Virus record (IMG/VR): IMGVR_UViG_3300037755_000473
Location: 1,788 to 65,787 of that record
Source: a virus
Lineage: Duplodnaviria; Caudoviricetes
Length of the DNA stretch: 64,000 nt
Strand: one strand, 5' to 3'
In this document: positions 7,542 to 16,922 of the stretch, one piece after another
Position numbering within the stretch: the first letter of the stretch is position 1
Layout of the letters: each line of letters begins with the position of its first letter
The notes under the pieces: model-generated
Databases searched by the model: none
Told to the model about the DNA's origin: nothing
The model's input: the letters and a program-made list of their open reading frames with translations, nothing else
Program-made: the position numbers and the translations under genes

Positions 7542-8180
7542 ATGAAGACACAACGTTTCCCCAAGATTATATGGCCGCAGCAGATTGCTCGTACCCATCT
7601 GCTTCGGTACACGTCAAACGTACGCGTGCTGCACAGGACAATCGAGCACTGCAAAAAGCGCGGGCTCGCTGTGCAAGCTGGCGGGCACTGCGGCGTGTGG
7701 CCGCGGTATCTGGCGGCCAGGTTCAAGCGAGTGGTCACGTTCGAGCCGCATCCCGAGCTGTTCCCCGTGCTGTGTCAGAACGTAGAGAACAGCAACGTGG
7801 TGGCGCACAACGTGGCGCTGGGAAACAGCATCGCTCCAGTCGAGTTCGTTCTACAGGGCGGCACGATGGGCGGTAGCCACGTCGATGCCGCAGCACTAAA
7901 GAAGGGGCGGAAGTTCGTCATGGTGGAGCAAGCGAAGCTCGACAGCTTCGAGCTATCGCCCGATCTGATCGTCTTGGACATCGAAGGCTCCGAGCTCGAC
8001 GCGCTCCTGGGGGCGGAGGATACGATTCGCCGCTGCCGCCCTGTGCTGCATCTTGAGCTGTGTGGGCACATCGAGCGGTACAAACGGGGCACGTCGGACA
8101 TGCTGCGGGATTTTTTGAATGGCTATGGATACCAAGAAGTCAGTCGCGCCAACAAAGACGCCATCTTCGTCTGTCGCTGA
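7542..8180 (+). CDS. FkbM-family methyltransferase (copy 2)
   Basis: AVQAGGHCG, VTFEP and DLIVLDIEGSE motifs. Confidence 0.85.
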   Translation: MKTQRFPKIIWPQQIARTHLLRYTSNVRVLHRTIEHCKKRGLAVQAGGHCGVWPRYLAARFKRVVTFEPHPELFPVLCQNVENSNVVAHNVALGNSIAPVEFVLQGGTMGGSHVDAAALKKGRKFVMVEQAKLDSFELSPDLIVLDIEGSELDALLGAEDTIRRCRPVLHLELCGHIERYKRGTSDMLRDFLNGYGYQEVSRANKDAIFVCR

Positions 8181-8367
8181 GGTCTTCTCCGGCGTGCCGA
8201 AGCCGGAGAAGATCATTGAGGCCGTGCGAAAATATGTCCGCGGCACCGGGAGGGAGAAGGAAGACGGCCGGTCGGGAATTCGTGCGGTGATTAACTTCTA
8301 CCGCGATTACCCCGAGCGTGCCAAAGTAGTCGAGTTTTTGAAACGTGTTTTGAAGGAAGTGAAGTGA
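8119..8367 (+). CDS. Hypothetical protein
   Basis: ORF fills the gap between methyltransferases and is coupled to 8364. Confidence 0.5.
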   Translation: MAMDTKKSVAPTKTPSSSVAEVFSGVPKPEKIIEAVRKYVRGTGREKEDGRSGIRAVINFYRDYPERAKVVEFLKRVLKEVK

Positions 8368-8924
8368 CGAAGTTGATCGAAGCGCTGGGATTGAAGTGGG
8401 GCGACGAGGCCGACGAAAAGGAAATGCAGCACAAACTCGCTGACCGGGCTGTGCAGATTCCACGCAAGGACGCCTTCATTCGAGAGTACCTCCCCGAGTA
8501 CATGACTGGCGGGCATCGCGTGCTGGACGTTTCGTGCGGCGCGGGAATTTTTTTGGAGGTCATGCGCTACTACGGTAACGAGATCATGGGCACCGACGTG
8601 AATCGGTTTTCGCTCATGAAAGCGAAACAGGTTCCGTTCATCCCGCACAACTCTCACTCCCTGCCGTTCCCATTCAAAGACGGGGAGTTCGATCTAGTTA
8701 CTTGCCTCGGGTCCTTCGGTCAGTACGCGCAGCAGAATAAAGTCTATGCACGCCCACTCAGCGAGATTTTCGCAGAGTTGTTCCGCCTCGCGTCGAAGAC
8801 GGTCTTCGTGAAGATGAATTCCGTCGAGACGGCGATGGAGCACGCGAAGGTGTTCAAAGGGTACCCGAAGGGGTGGGCTTTCTCTGTTCGTGACACGACG
8901 GTGTTCAAGTACGTGAGGAAATAA
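8364..8924 (+). CDS. Class I SAM-dependent methyltransferase
   Basis: RVLDVSCGAG motif I; LPFPFKDGEFDLVTC motif II. Confidence 0.85.
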   Translation: MTKLIEALGLKWGDEADEKEMQHKLADRAVQIPRKDAFIREYLPEYMTGGHRVLDVSCGAGIFLEVMRYYGNEIMGTDVNRFSLMKAKQVPFIPHNSHSLPFPFKDGEFDLVTCLGSFGQYAQQNKVYARPLSEIFAELFRLASKTVFVKMNSVETAMEHAKVFKGYPKGWAFSVRDTTVFKYVRK

Positions 8925-9637
8925 TGGACAAGCTACAGATCGTTTTTCCGTACTACGACAACGCCCAGATGCTCGAGAAGCACATCGAGGTTTGGAAGTC
9001 GTGGCCGCGGGATTTGCAGCGCAAGGTCAGAGTCGTCATCGTCGATGACGGCAGCGAGAAGCAGCCTGCGCTACCCGTGCTCCAGCCGCACGAGCTGCCG
9101 GTTGAGCTCATGTTGTTCCGCATCCTCATCAACATCCGCTGGAACCAGAACGGCGCACGCAACCTCGCGATGACACATGTTGATGACGGATGGGTGCTGT
9201 CGACCGACGCTGACCACGTGATTCCCGAGTCGCAGCTTCGCGCGTTGCTATCTCTGTCGCTCGATCCGAAAATGTACTATCGGCCGGGGCGGCGACAGTT
9301 CGGGCACGAGAAGACCGTCTATAAGCGCCACCCGAATTCGTACGTGCTCACGAAGGAGCTTTATTGGCGTATCGGCGGGTATGACGAGGACTTCGCCGGC
9401 TACTACGGGAGCGACTGCACGTTTCGCAACGCGCTGAAGTTTTTCAGCAAGGGGAAGGAGATCGATCCGTACCTCGTGGTGTACAACGAGAAGGACATCC
9501 CCGACGCCAACACGACGGAGTTCGACCGCAAGACCGGACCTTACTACGCGCCGAACGTCCCTGCCCTTGCCTTGAAGCGTCGTAGCATTTACAAACCCGA
9601 CAATCCGATTCGGTTTCCTTGGGAGCGGCAGATATGA
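8924..9637 (+). CDS. Glycosyltransferase, GT2/GT7-like (GT-A fold)
   Basis: VVIVDDGS, RNLAM, STDADH (DxD) and IGGYDEDFAGYYGSD motifs. Confidence 0.85.
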   Translation: MDKLQIVFPYYDNAQMLEKHIEVWKSWPRDLQRKVRVVIVDDGSEKQPALPVLQPHELPVELMLFRILINIRWNQNGARNLAMTHVDDGWVLSTDADHVIPESQLRALLSLSLDPKMYYRPGRRQFGHEKTVYKRHPNSYVLTKELYWRIGGYDEDFAGYYGSDCTFRNALKFFSKGKEIDPYLVVYNEKDIPDANTTEFDRKTGPYYAPNVPALALKRRSIYKPDNPIRFPWERQI

Positions 9638-10209
9638 AGCACGCAGAGCAAGTGCGTAATCGCTACGTCGGCAAGACGGCCGCGGAGTACGACGCCAAAC
9701 GCATGAGCGAAACGCGGTGGCCGCGCGAGCAGCACGCGGTTCGTAAGTACCTCGGTGTGTTGAAGCCCGCACCGGCCGTGCTCGACATCCCCGCGGGCAC
9801 CGGACGCTATGCGCAAATCTACGCCGAGCTCGGAGCGAAGGTGACGGCGACGGACACTTCGGGCGACATGCTGGCGCTCGCCCGCGAAGCGTTCAAGCGG
9901 CACAGCGTTCCGCACTCGCTCGTTGTCGGCGACATCTTGAAGCTCGAGCCGCCCGAGGTGAAGTACGACGTTGCTGTTTGCACACGCATGCTGAACCACT
10001 TCACCCGACGTGAGGCAAAGCTGGCGGTGAGCAATTTGCTCGCTTGCGCCAACGCAGTGATTCTCAGTGTGCGCGAGCCGCTGCCGGGGCACTCGGACCC
10101 GAACTGGCATCCGCTCGAGCAGCTCACGCGCGCTTCGTCCGACATCACGGTCATCAGCGAGCGAGCGGACAGCCGCTACATCATGGCGCTCGTCCGCTAT
10201 GAGAGTTGA
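9634..10209 (+). CDS. Class I SAM-dependent methyltransferase
   Basis: VLDIPAGTGRY, DTSGDML and YDVAVC motifs. Confidence 0.85.
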   Translation: MKHAEQVRNRYVGKTAAEYDAKRMSETRWPREQHAVRKYLGVLKPAPAVLDIPAGTGRYAQIYAELGAKVTATDTSGDMLALAREAFKRHSVPHSLVVGDILKLEPPEVKYDVAVCTRMLNHFTRREAKLAVSNLLACANAVILSVREPLPGHSDPNWHPLEQLTRASSDITVISERADSRYIMALVRYES

Positions 10210-10792
10210 GTTTTTCGGCCCGCCCGGTGTCGGCAAAAGCTACGCGCGGCGGCTGTTGCTCGAAGCGGATAGCAGGCTCGACCTTCACACCGCGTGCGGG
10301 TCCGTGAAGGTGCTCAAAGACCACACTGAGTTTTACAACAGCTGTGTCGTGGCACAGCGAATGTACCAAGAGCACTGTGTCGTCCCTAAACGCGGTGCGA
10401 CGGGACCGGCCAACTTCCGGATGCGTGCTGCGAGAGCTGCCGCCGCCGCTGTGAGCAACAACATCATCGTGTTCGACGAGTCTCTGCTGCAAGCGACGCT
10501 CTCGTTTTCGTACGCGTGTCGGCACAACGCAGAGAATGTCGCCGAGTTCTTCTCCTCCGTGCCGCTTCCCGACGTAGCAATTTTGTGTTACGCCCCGAGC
10601 GAATTAGTCGTAGCGCGTAACAGCGGACGCGCTCGTAACTGGGGTTCGTCGGCGCTTGATTGTCTTCCGAGCGTTGAGCTCATTAAGAACATGCTGACTG
10701 AGCGCAACGGGGTTTGGTTCACATTGAACACGCAGAAGAACGAGCGCGAAATTACGCTGCATCTAATCGAGGGGCTTAAATGCTTTCTGTAG
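10199..10792 (+). CDS. P-loop kinase (nucleotide/sugar kinase-like)
   Basis: N-terminal VEFFGPPGVGKS Walker A; IVFDE; PLPDVAIL as in NMP kinases. Confidence 0.7.
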   Translation: MRVEFFGPPGVGKSYARRLLLEADSRLDLHTACGSVKVLKDHTEFYNSCVVAQRMYQEHCVVPKRGATGPANFRMRAARAAAAAVSNNIIVFDESLLQATLSFSYACRHNAENVAEFFSSVPLPDVAILCYAPSELVVARNSGRARNWGSSALDCLPSVELIKNMLTERNGVWFTLNTQKNEREITLHLIEGLKCFL

Positions 10793-11493
10793 TCTGTTGG
10801 TTGTGGCCGCCACGAGAGAGATACCGCTCGCAGTTCAACGCGAGCCACGTCAACATCTTTCGCAACATGATCGAGCGGCATCTGCATATCCCTCACGAGG
10901 TGGTGTGCATTACGAACATACCGAAGAATATCGATCCGCGTGTGCGCATCGTTCCGTTATGGGATACGTGGGCCGAGGTTCCGTCGCCGCACGGAGGGCT
11001 CTCTCCAGCGTGCTATCGACGCCTGCCTGCGTTCGGCGAGCACATGCGCGAGATTCTCGGGCCGAGGTTTATTTCCTTCGACCTGGACCTCGTGATCGTG
11101 GACGACATCACTCCGCTGGCAACGCGCACCGAAGACTTCATCATCTGGGGCTCGAAGCTCCGCCGCACGCCGTACAACGGCTCGATGTGGATGATGAACG
11201 CAGGGGCGCGGAAACAGATTTATGAGGAATTCGACCCACTGAAGACGCCCGCGCTCACGCTGAAGGCGGGGTTCCACGGTAGCGATCAGGCGTGGATTTG
11301 CTACAGGCTCGGTCACACGGAAGCAACATGGACGCCGGAACACGATGGCGTGTATTCTTTCCGGACTGATGTCGCGTTGAAACGGTATCGACTGCCCCCG
11401 GATGCACGAATCGTGTTTTTCCAGGGACACCATGATCCGCAATCGCGTGTCGACAACTCTCGTGCTCCGTGGATCAAAGACCACTATAAATAA
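10780..11493 (+). CDS. Glycosyltransferase (GT8-like, DxD motif)
   Basis: FISFDLDLVIVDDITPL, YNGSMW and GSDQAWI motifs. Confidence 0.75.
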   Translation: MLSVVCWLWPPRERYRSQFNASHVNIFRNMIERHLHIPHEVVCITNIPKNIDPRVRIVPLWDTWAEVPSPHGGLSPACYRRLPAFGEHMREILGPRFISFDLDLVIVDDITPLATRTEDFIIWGSKLRRTPYNGSMWMMNAGARKQIYEEFDPLKTPALTLKAGFHGSDQAWICYRLGHTEATWTPEHDGVYSFRTDVALKRYRLPPDARIVFFQGHHDPQSRVDNSRAPWIKDHYK

Positions 11494-12911
11494 TGGCCGC
11501 AAAAGACGGTTCCAACGCGCTAGTCAATTTCAAGACGCCGCCTACGGTCGGCGAGTTCATGTTGGATACGTCGTTCGTCCGTCTCATCATGGGGCCGGTC
11601 GGAAGCGGCAAATCGGCTGGGTGCTTCATGGAGCTCCTGCGCCGTGCCTACTTACAAGAGCCCGACAACCAGGGCATTCGCCGCACACGTTTCGCGATTA
11701 TTCGAAATACGTTGCAGCAGCTGCGGCAAACCTGCTTAGCGGACATCCAGCTGTGGCTGAGCTCGATTGCGCACTTCAAGGTCACAGATCAGACGATCCA
11801 GATTCGTCTTGATATGAAGGACGGCACGCACGTAGAGAGCGACTGGATGTTGATCCCGCTCGACACGAAGCAGGACCAACAGCGTTTGCTGTCGTTGAAC
11901 TTGACGGGTGCGTGGGTTTCGGAGTTCCGAGAAATTCCGCTCGAAATCATCGACGCTCTTTCCGGCCGTCTCGGCCGCTATCCCTCCAAGGCCATTGCGA
12001 AGCCTAGCTGGTTCGGGATCATCGCCGAGTCGAACCCGCCCGACGAAGACTCGGAGTGGTACACGAAGCTCGAGCTCGAACTGCCGCCTGATTGGAAGTT
12101 CTTCAAGCAGCCTGGCGGGCTTAGCGACGACGCAGAGAACGTCGAAAACCTACCCGAGAATTACTATCCCAAGCTCGCTGCAAACAATAACGCCGACTGG
12201 GTGGACATCCACGTCCACGCGAAATACGGCAAGTCGCTCTCGGGGCAGGCCGTCTTCCGCGCCACGTTCAACGTGATTCGCCACGTCACGTACGAACCGA
12301 TCAAGACGGTCCCAGGTATGGCCATCATGGTCGGGCAGGACTTCGGTCGCACGCCGGCGAGCTTGATCGGGCAGATCGATAACCGCGGACGTTTGGTGAT
12401 CCTACGTGAAGCAGCGACGGCACAAGAAGACGCGATGGGTATCGAGAAATTCGGCAAAGAGATTTTGCGGCCGATGCTCTATCAGCATTACCCGAACACC
12501 GAGATTTTCATGGTTGCTGACCCGAGCGGCAAGGTGAAGACACAGGTGCGGGAAGAGTCACCGTTCGACATGTTGCACCGACTTGGCTTCATCGTTTATC
12601 CGGCGCAGACGAACGACATCGAGCCGCGACTGCGCGCGGTCGAGCAGCTGTTCCTACAGCACGACGGAATTCTGATTGACGGATCGAACTGCCCGCAGCT
12701 CGTGCAGGCGTTGAAGTCGTGGTATCGCTACAAACGAAAGCAAACCGGCACGCTCGACGAGACGCCGGAGAAGAACCACCCGTGGTCGGACCTCGCCGAC
12801 TGCTTGCAGTACATGGCGCTCGCCGTTCACGGCAACTACATCGGGAACCTGATTAGTCGGAAGCGAGCTCGCCCTCGAGGGCCGGCAGTGTCGGCAGCGA
12901 GTTGGACGTAG
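11493..12911 (+). CDS. terL: Terminase large subunit
   Basis: MGPVGSGKS Walker A, GAWVSEFRE, VGQDFGRTPA nuclease motif, C-terminal HPWSDLADCLQY. Confidence 0.92.
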   Translation: MAAKDGSNALVNFKTPPTVGEFMLDTSFVRLIMGPVGSGKSAGCFMELLRRAYLQEPDNQGIRRTRFAIIRNTLQQLRQTCLADIQLWLSSIAHFKVTDQTIQIRLDMKDGTHVESDWMLIPLDTKQDQQRLLSLNLTGAWVSEFREIPLEIIDALSGRLGRYPSKAIAKPSWFGIIAESNPPDEDSEWYTKLELELPPDWKFFKQPGGLSDDAENVENLPENYYPKLAANNNADWVDIHVHAKYGKSLSGQAVFRATFNVIRHVTYEPIKTVPGMAIMVGQDFGRTPASLIGQIDNRGRLVILREAATAQEDAMGIEKFGKEILRPMLYQHYPNTEIFMVADPSGKVKTQVREESPFDMLHRLGFIVYPAQTNDIEPRLRAVEQLFLQHDGILIDGSNCPQLVQALKSWYRYKRKQTGTLDETPEKNHPWSDLADCLQYMALAVHGNYIGNLISRKRARPRGPAVSAASWT

Positions 12912-13371
12912 TACCGTCGATTGTGACGCCGGCGCGTTCGCCGTTCTTCGTCTCGATGGTGATGTTGATGACGGCTCCGTGAGAGATACCGCTCGCGTTG
13001 CCAGCACTCTCCCCGCGCGAATTCGTCTTCCCTGCAAATACGCCCATCGCCTTGATGGCGTCCAAGCGCTGCTGCCGCGGCGACTCCTTATCGTGCGCAA
13101 CTTCGTACAGCACGGGTAGGGAGTCCTCGAGCATGATCTCGGCTTTCTTGGTGATCCGTTTGCCAGCGTTGAGGTCGCCTTTCCATTCGCCGATGGCCTC
13201 GGCGAGCATGCTGCGAAAGGCCGGCGACTTCTTCAGCCGATCCCATTGGGACTGGGAAATCTGATACTTGGAGCGAATCTCGGCAGCTGTTGCGAGTCCT
13301 GCTGCGAGCTCGGCGCAGATCGTCGCGCTGAGGTGCTCGATGTCTAGGGCGGTGACGAGTACGGCGGCCAT
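12853..13371 (-). CDS. Putative terminase small subunit-like protein, antisense to the structural operon
   Basis: Helix-turn-helix-like N-terminus, helical body, GAVINITIE beta-strand tail; located between terL and portal. Confidence 0.5.
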   Translation of the reverse strand: MAAVLVTALDIEHLSATICAELAAGLATAAEIRSKYQISQSQWDRLKKSPAFRSMLAEAIGEWKGDLNAGKRITKKAEIMLEDSLPVLYEVAHDKESPRQQRLDAIKAMGVFAGKTNSRGESAGNASGISHGAVINITIETKNGERAGVTIDGTTSNSLPTLPALEGELASD

Positions 13372-13422
13372 TTAGCAATCCGGTGGGGAACTGTTTGACA
13401 AGCCTACTATAAATCCAAGATT

Positions 13423-15591
13423 ATGCCTTGCATGGCAGCCCTAGCAAGCGCAATCCCACGTCCGCTACCTGGCGGTGGAATGCTCCGCGTCGTCTCTAAC
13501 CAGACGCTCGTCGAGCAGGAACGCAACGCCGCCGCAGTCGCCGAGCAAGAGCGACAAGCTCAAGAGGCTCCACTCAACCAACTTGCCGCGTACATTCGCG
13601 GGCGCATGTCCGAAATGCGTAATTTTCGGAACACCGAGGGCATCGGTGAGCGGTTGCTCGAAGGGCTTCGAACGTACAAGGGTATGTACGACCCGCAGAA
13701 ATTGGCGGAGATCAAGAAGTTCGGCGGTAGCGAAGTCTACGCGCGCGTCACCGCAACAAAATGTCGCGCAGCCACTGCTCTCCTCCGCGACGTGTTCCTC
13801 GGCTCCGAGCGACCGTGGGACCTCGACCCGACACCGAACCCCGAAATTCCGATGGACATCGAGGGCAACATCAGGACCCTCGTTGCGACCGAAGTAGCGA
13901 CGCTCGCTGCCACCGGTCAGCAGATCGACGACCAGATGATCGCGGATCGTGTTGGCATGCTGCGCAAGGCAGCAGAGCGCGCCGCGAAGAAGCAAGCAAT
14001 CGAGGAAGCCGACAAAGCCGGCGACGTGCTCGATGACTATCTGCTTGAAGGTAACTTTTACGAAGCGTTCGCAGAGTTCCTCGTCGACCTCCCGATTTTT
14101 CCTTACGCTGTGATGAAAGGTCCGGTCGTTCGCCGCGCTTCGAAGTTGAAGTGGGTGAACGGCAAAGCGACGACGGAGTACACGCCGAAGTTGTTCTGGG
14201 AGCGCGTGTCACCATTCGATCTTTATTGGTCGCCTGGTGCGGGCAAAGTTCAGCACGCCGACTTCATCGAACGCATTCGTCTCACGCGTGCCGAGATTCA
14301 GGCGCTGCGCGGTCTCCCCGGATATAACACCGAGAACATCGACGAGGTGCTTGGCCGCTTCTACAACACGGGGCTCCATGATTGGTGGGATACGGTCGAT
14401 ACCGAACGCGCGCAGCTCGAAGATCGCGAGCGCTGGGGTCGCACGACCACGCCGCTGATCGACTGCGCTGCGTACACCGGCTTCGTTTCCGGCAAGCTCC
14501 TGAAAGAGTGGGGCATGACTGACGCGCAGATCGACGACGAGCTCGGTGAGTATTTCGTCACGTGCTGGATGATCGATCGGTTCGTCATCAAAGCGCAGAT
14601 CAATCCGTCGCCTGACCAACGCGCTCCGTATTACATCAGCTCGTTCGAAAAGATTCCGGGTGCGCTCATCGGTTACGGCTTACCGGACTTGCTGGAAGAC
14701 GTGCAGCAAATCTGCAACGCGACCGTGCGCTCGCTGGTGAACAACCTGTCTATCGCTTCCGGCCCGCAAGTCGTCGTCAATGATGAAGTGCTGCAAGCAG
14801 GCGAAGACGACATGTTGTATCCGTGGAAGCGGTGGCATGTGTCGTACGACCCGATGGTGGCGAACAGCCACGAGCCGATTTCGTTCTTTCAGCCCGAGTC
14901 GAATGCCCCTGAGCTCATGGGCGTGTACGAGAAATGGGTCGTGATGGCTGACGAGATCAGCTCGATACCGCGGTACATGACGGGCAACGAGAAGGTCGGC
15001 GGCGCGGGCCGCACGGCTTCCGGTTTGGCAATGCTGATGTCGAACGCCTCGAAGACGCTTCAGAACGTCGCTGCGCAGATTGATCGTGACGTGCTCGAAC
15101 CGCTGCTGTTGCAGCTATTCAACATGGTCATGATTACGCGTCCTGGGGTGCTCAACGGTGACGAAACCGTTGTCGTGAAGGGCGTGAACCACGCCGTCAA
15201 GCGCGAGCAAGACCGCATGCGGCAGCTGGAATTCTTGCAGCTCACGGCCAACCCCATTGACATGTCGATCATCGGGCCGGAAGGTCGCTCCAATGTTCTG
15301 CGCTCTGTCGCGTCGAACCTCGGGCTCGAGCACGAGCGCGTGGTCCCCGATTCGGCAACGCTCGAGCAGCGCATGCAAGAGCAAGCGGCGATGCAGCAAC
15401 AGCAGATGGCGCAAGGCGATCCGAACGCTCAGCCTGGCGCTCAGCCTGGTGCGCAACCGGGCAACCCGCAGCAGATGCCGAAGCCGCAGCCCGGTCGTGC
15501 AATGCCGGAGCAAGTGCGAAAGCAGACTGGCGTCGAAAGCCAATTTACAAACCAAGCAACAGGCAGACCCGGAATGCGGGCAGGAGGCTAG
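13423..15591 (+). CDS. Portal protein (alternative start 13432)
   Basis: 722 aa after terL; FEKIPGALIGYG and DEISSIPRY segments typical of podovirus portals; Gln/Pro-rich tail. Confidence 0.85.
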   Translation: MPCMAALASAIPRPLPGGGMLRVVSNQTLVEQERNAAAVAEQERQAQEAPLNQLAAYIRGRMSEMRNFRNTEGIGERLLEGLRTYKGMYDPQKLAEIKKFGGSEVYARVTATKCRAATALLRDVFLGSERPWDLDPTPNPEIPMDIEGNIRTLVATEVATLAATGQQIDDQMIADRVGMLRKAAERAAKKQAIEEADKAGDVLDDYLLEGNFYEAFAEFLVDLPIFPYAVMKGPVVRRASKLKWVNGKATTEYTPKLFWERVSPFDLYWSPGAGKVQHADFIERIRLTRAEIQALRGLPGYNTENIDEVLGRFYNTGLHDWWDTVDTERAQLEDRERWGRTTTPLIDCAAYTGFVSGKLLKEWGMTDAQIDDELGEYFVTCWMIDRFVIKAQINPSPDQRAPYYISSFEKIPGALIGYGLPDLLEDVQQICNATVRSLVNNLSIASGPQVVVNDEVLQAGEDDMLYPWKRWHVSYDPMVANSHEPISFFQPESNAPELMGVYEKWVVMADEISSIPRYMTGNEKVGGAGRTASGLAMLMSNASKTLQNVAAQIDRDVLEPLLLQLFNMVMITRPGVLNGDETVVVKGVNHAVKREQDRMRQLEFLQLTANPIDMSIIGPEGRSNVLRSVASNLGLEHERVVPDSATLEQRMQEQAAMQQQQMAQGDPNAQPGAQPGAQPGNPQQMPKPQPGRAMPEQVRKQTGVESQFTNQATGRPGMRAGG

Positions 15592-15592
15592 C

Positions 15593-15943
15593 GTGAAGAG
15601 AGCAGCGATTTTGGTGGCGATGGTCGCAGCGTTGATGGCAGGGACGGCGTACGCGCTCGTGAAGACATTCACATGGGTCGCACCGACGGAGAACACCGAC
15701 GGCTCCGCGCTGCCGCCTGCGCAGATTACCGGGTTCAACTTCACCTGCACCGCCACCGGCCAGCCAACGGTGTCGTTCACCGCGGTGGGCTCCGCGCGCA
15801 CAATCCCGCGCGATCTTCCACCTGGCGATTGGGCGTGTAGTGCAACAGCTTCAGCGAACGGACAAACGTCCGCGCCGAGTAACGTCGTAAATTTCACAGT
15901 CCCGCAGCCGACACCCCGTCCTCCAGTTTTATCCGTCGATTGA
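15593..15943 (+). CDS. Secreted fibronectin-III/Ig-like protein with signal peptide
   Basis: GTG start with AGGAGG RBS; KRAAILVAMVAALMAGTAYA signal peptide; TFTWVAP...TDGS...SAPSNVV FN3-like pattern. Confidence 0.65.
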   Translation: MKRAAILVAMVAALMAGTAYALVKTFTWVAPTENTDGSALPPAQITGFNFTCTATGQPTVSFTAVGSARTIPRDLPPGDWACSATASANGQTSAPSNVVNFTVPQPTPRPPVLSVD

Positions 15944-15980
15944 TTCGGCGGTTGCGGGAATTTTTGAGGAGGCTGTTCTG

Positions 15981-16211
15981 ATGGTCATGAAAACGCGCTA
16001 CTACGCCGACGGCGGTAAGGTCTCTACCGATAAGCCGCCGCCCAAGCCGCGCCCCCCTGCGCCGAAGCCGCCGCCCAAGGGCGACACCGTGCAGAAGGAC
16101 CCGAAGGGCAGCACGACTGACACTCTTCGCAATCACCGGGCAAGACAGATGGAGGCGCTGGGCCTGAAAGACGGCGGCAAGGTGAAGCGCCGCAAGAAGA
16201 AGCGCTACTAG
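15981..16211 (+). CDS. Small basic Pro/Lys-rich protein
   Basis: GGAGG RBS; operon position. Confidence 0.6.
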   Translation: MVMKTRYYADGGKVSTDKPPPKPRPPAPKPPPKGDTVQKDPKGSTTDTLRNHRARQMEALGLKDGGKVKRRKKKRY

Positions 16212-16263
16212 CTCTTTGCCACACGATCTCGTAACATCTTCCACACACGTGTAGGAGACTCTC

Positions 16264-16479
16264 ATGAAGGGCAAGTTTTTAGGTGACACTAAGGGCAACC
16301 GTGACCTCCACTGCAACTTGTCTTCGGGCGAGAAGGGTGGAAGCGGCGAGTCGCACAGTGGCGGCCCGAGCGGCAAGTACTTGGGTCATACCAAGGGCAA
16401 CCGTGACCTACCGATCAACCGTACCGAGGGTGTCTCGGGCGGCAACGGCGGCGGCAAGCACAAGGCCGGCGGCAAGTAA
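16264..16479 (+). CDS. Small Gly/Lys-rich protein with a duplicated GK(F/Y)LG(D/H)TKGNRDL motif
   Basis: AGGAG RBS; internal repeat visible in DNA and protein. Confidence 0.65.
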   Translation: MKGKFLGDTKGNRDLHCNLSSGEKGGSGESHSGGPSGKYLGHTKGNRDLPINRTEGVSGGNGGGKHKAGGK

Positions 16480-16480
16480 C

Positions 16481-16675
16481 ATGGCGAAGCCAACCAACAA
16501 GGTTGTCGGAACGAAGAGGCTGTCCGGTATGGACGGCTTTCGGGATGTCATGATCCCCGGCGGGCACGCAACGCCCGAGCGCCGCGCGCAACGCGACTTC
16601 TCGAAGAAGGGCATCTCGGTGGATCAACCAGAAATGGATGACCACAAAGAGCGCGCGGCACGTTACGGGTTCTGA
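16481..16675 (+). CDS. Small hypothetical protein
   Basis: Starts 1 nt after the upstream stop. Confidence 0.6.
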   Translation: MAKPTNKVVGTKRLSGMDGFRDVMIPGGHATPERRAQRDFSKKGISVDQPEMDDHKERAARYGF

Positions 16676-16915
16676 GTGAAGCTCACGCCCGAAGCAGCGC
16701 AGGCGTTCACGAATTTGCGGGGCAACCGCGACTTCGAGCACGTCCTGAAGTGGTTCAAGGAATACGAGGCGAAAGAAACGCAGACGTGCATCACGACAGA
16801 GGGTCCACAACTTCATCGAGCTCAAGGCTCGGTGCAGGCTCTCCAAGAGATTGCGAAGGCGAACGCCGAAGCTCCAACCACTCTGACCAAGATCATCAAC
16901 AGTAACCAACGGTGA
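16676..16915 (+). CDS. Small head-module protein upstream of the scaffold gene
   Basis: Position; LHRAQGSVQALQEI helix. Confidence 0.65.
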   Translation: MKLTPEAAQAFTNLRGNRDFEHVLKWFKEYEAKETQTCITTEGPQLHRAQGSVQALQEIAKANAEAPTTLTKIINSNQR

Positions 16916-16922
16916 AATACGC

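Noticed and set aside
7542-11493. Firm call of a DNA hypermodification pathway
   Set aside because: No hydroxymethylase, dCMP deaminase, aGPT-type transferase or recognisable DNA methyltransferase is present and ThyX is truncated; it is kept only as one alternative.
13395-13423. Sigma70 promoter before the portal gene
   Set aside because: TTGACA is present but there is no acceptable -10 box at 16-18 bp spacing.
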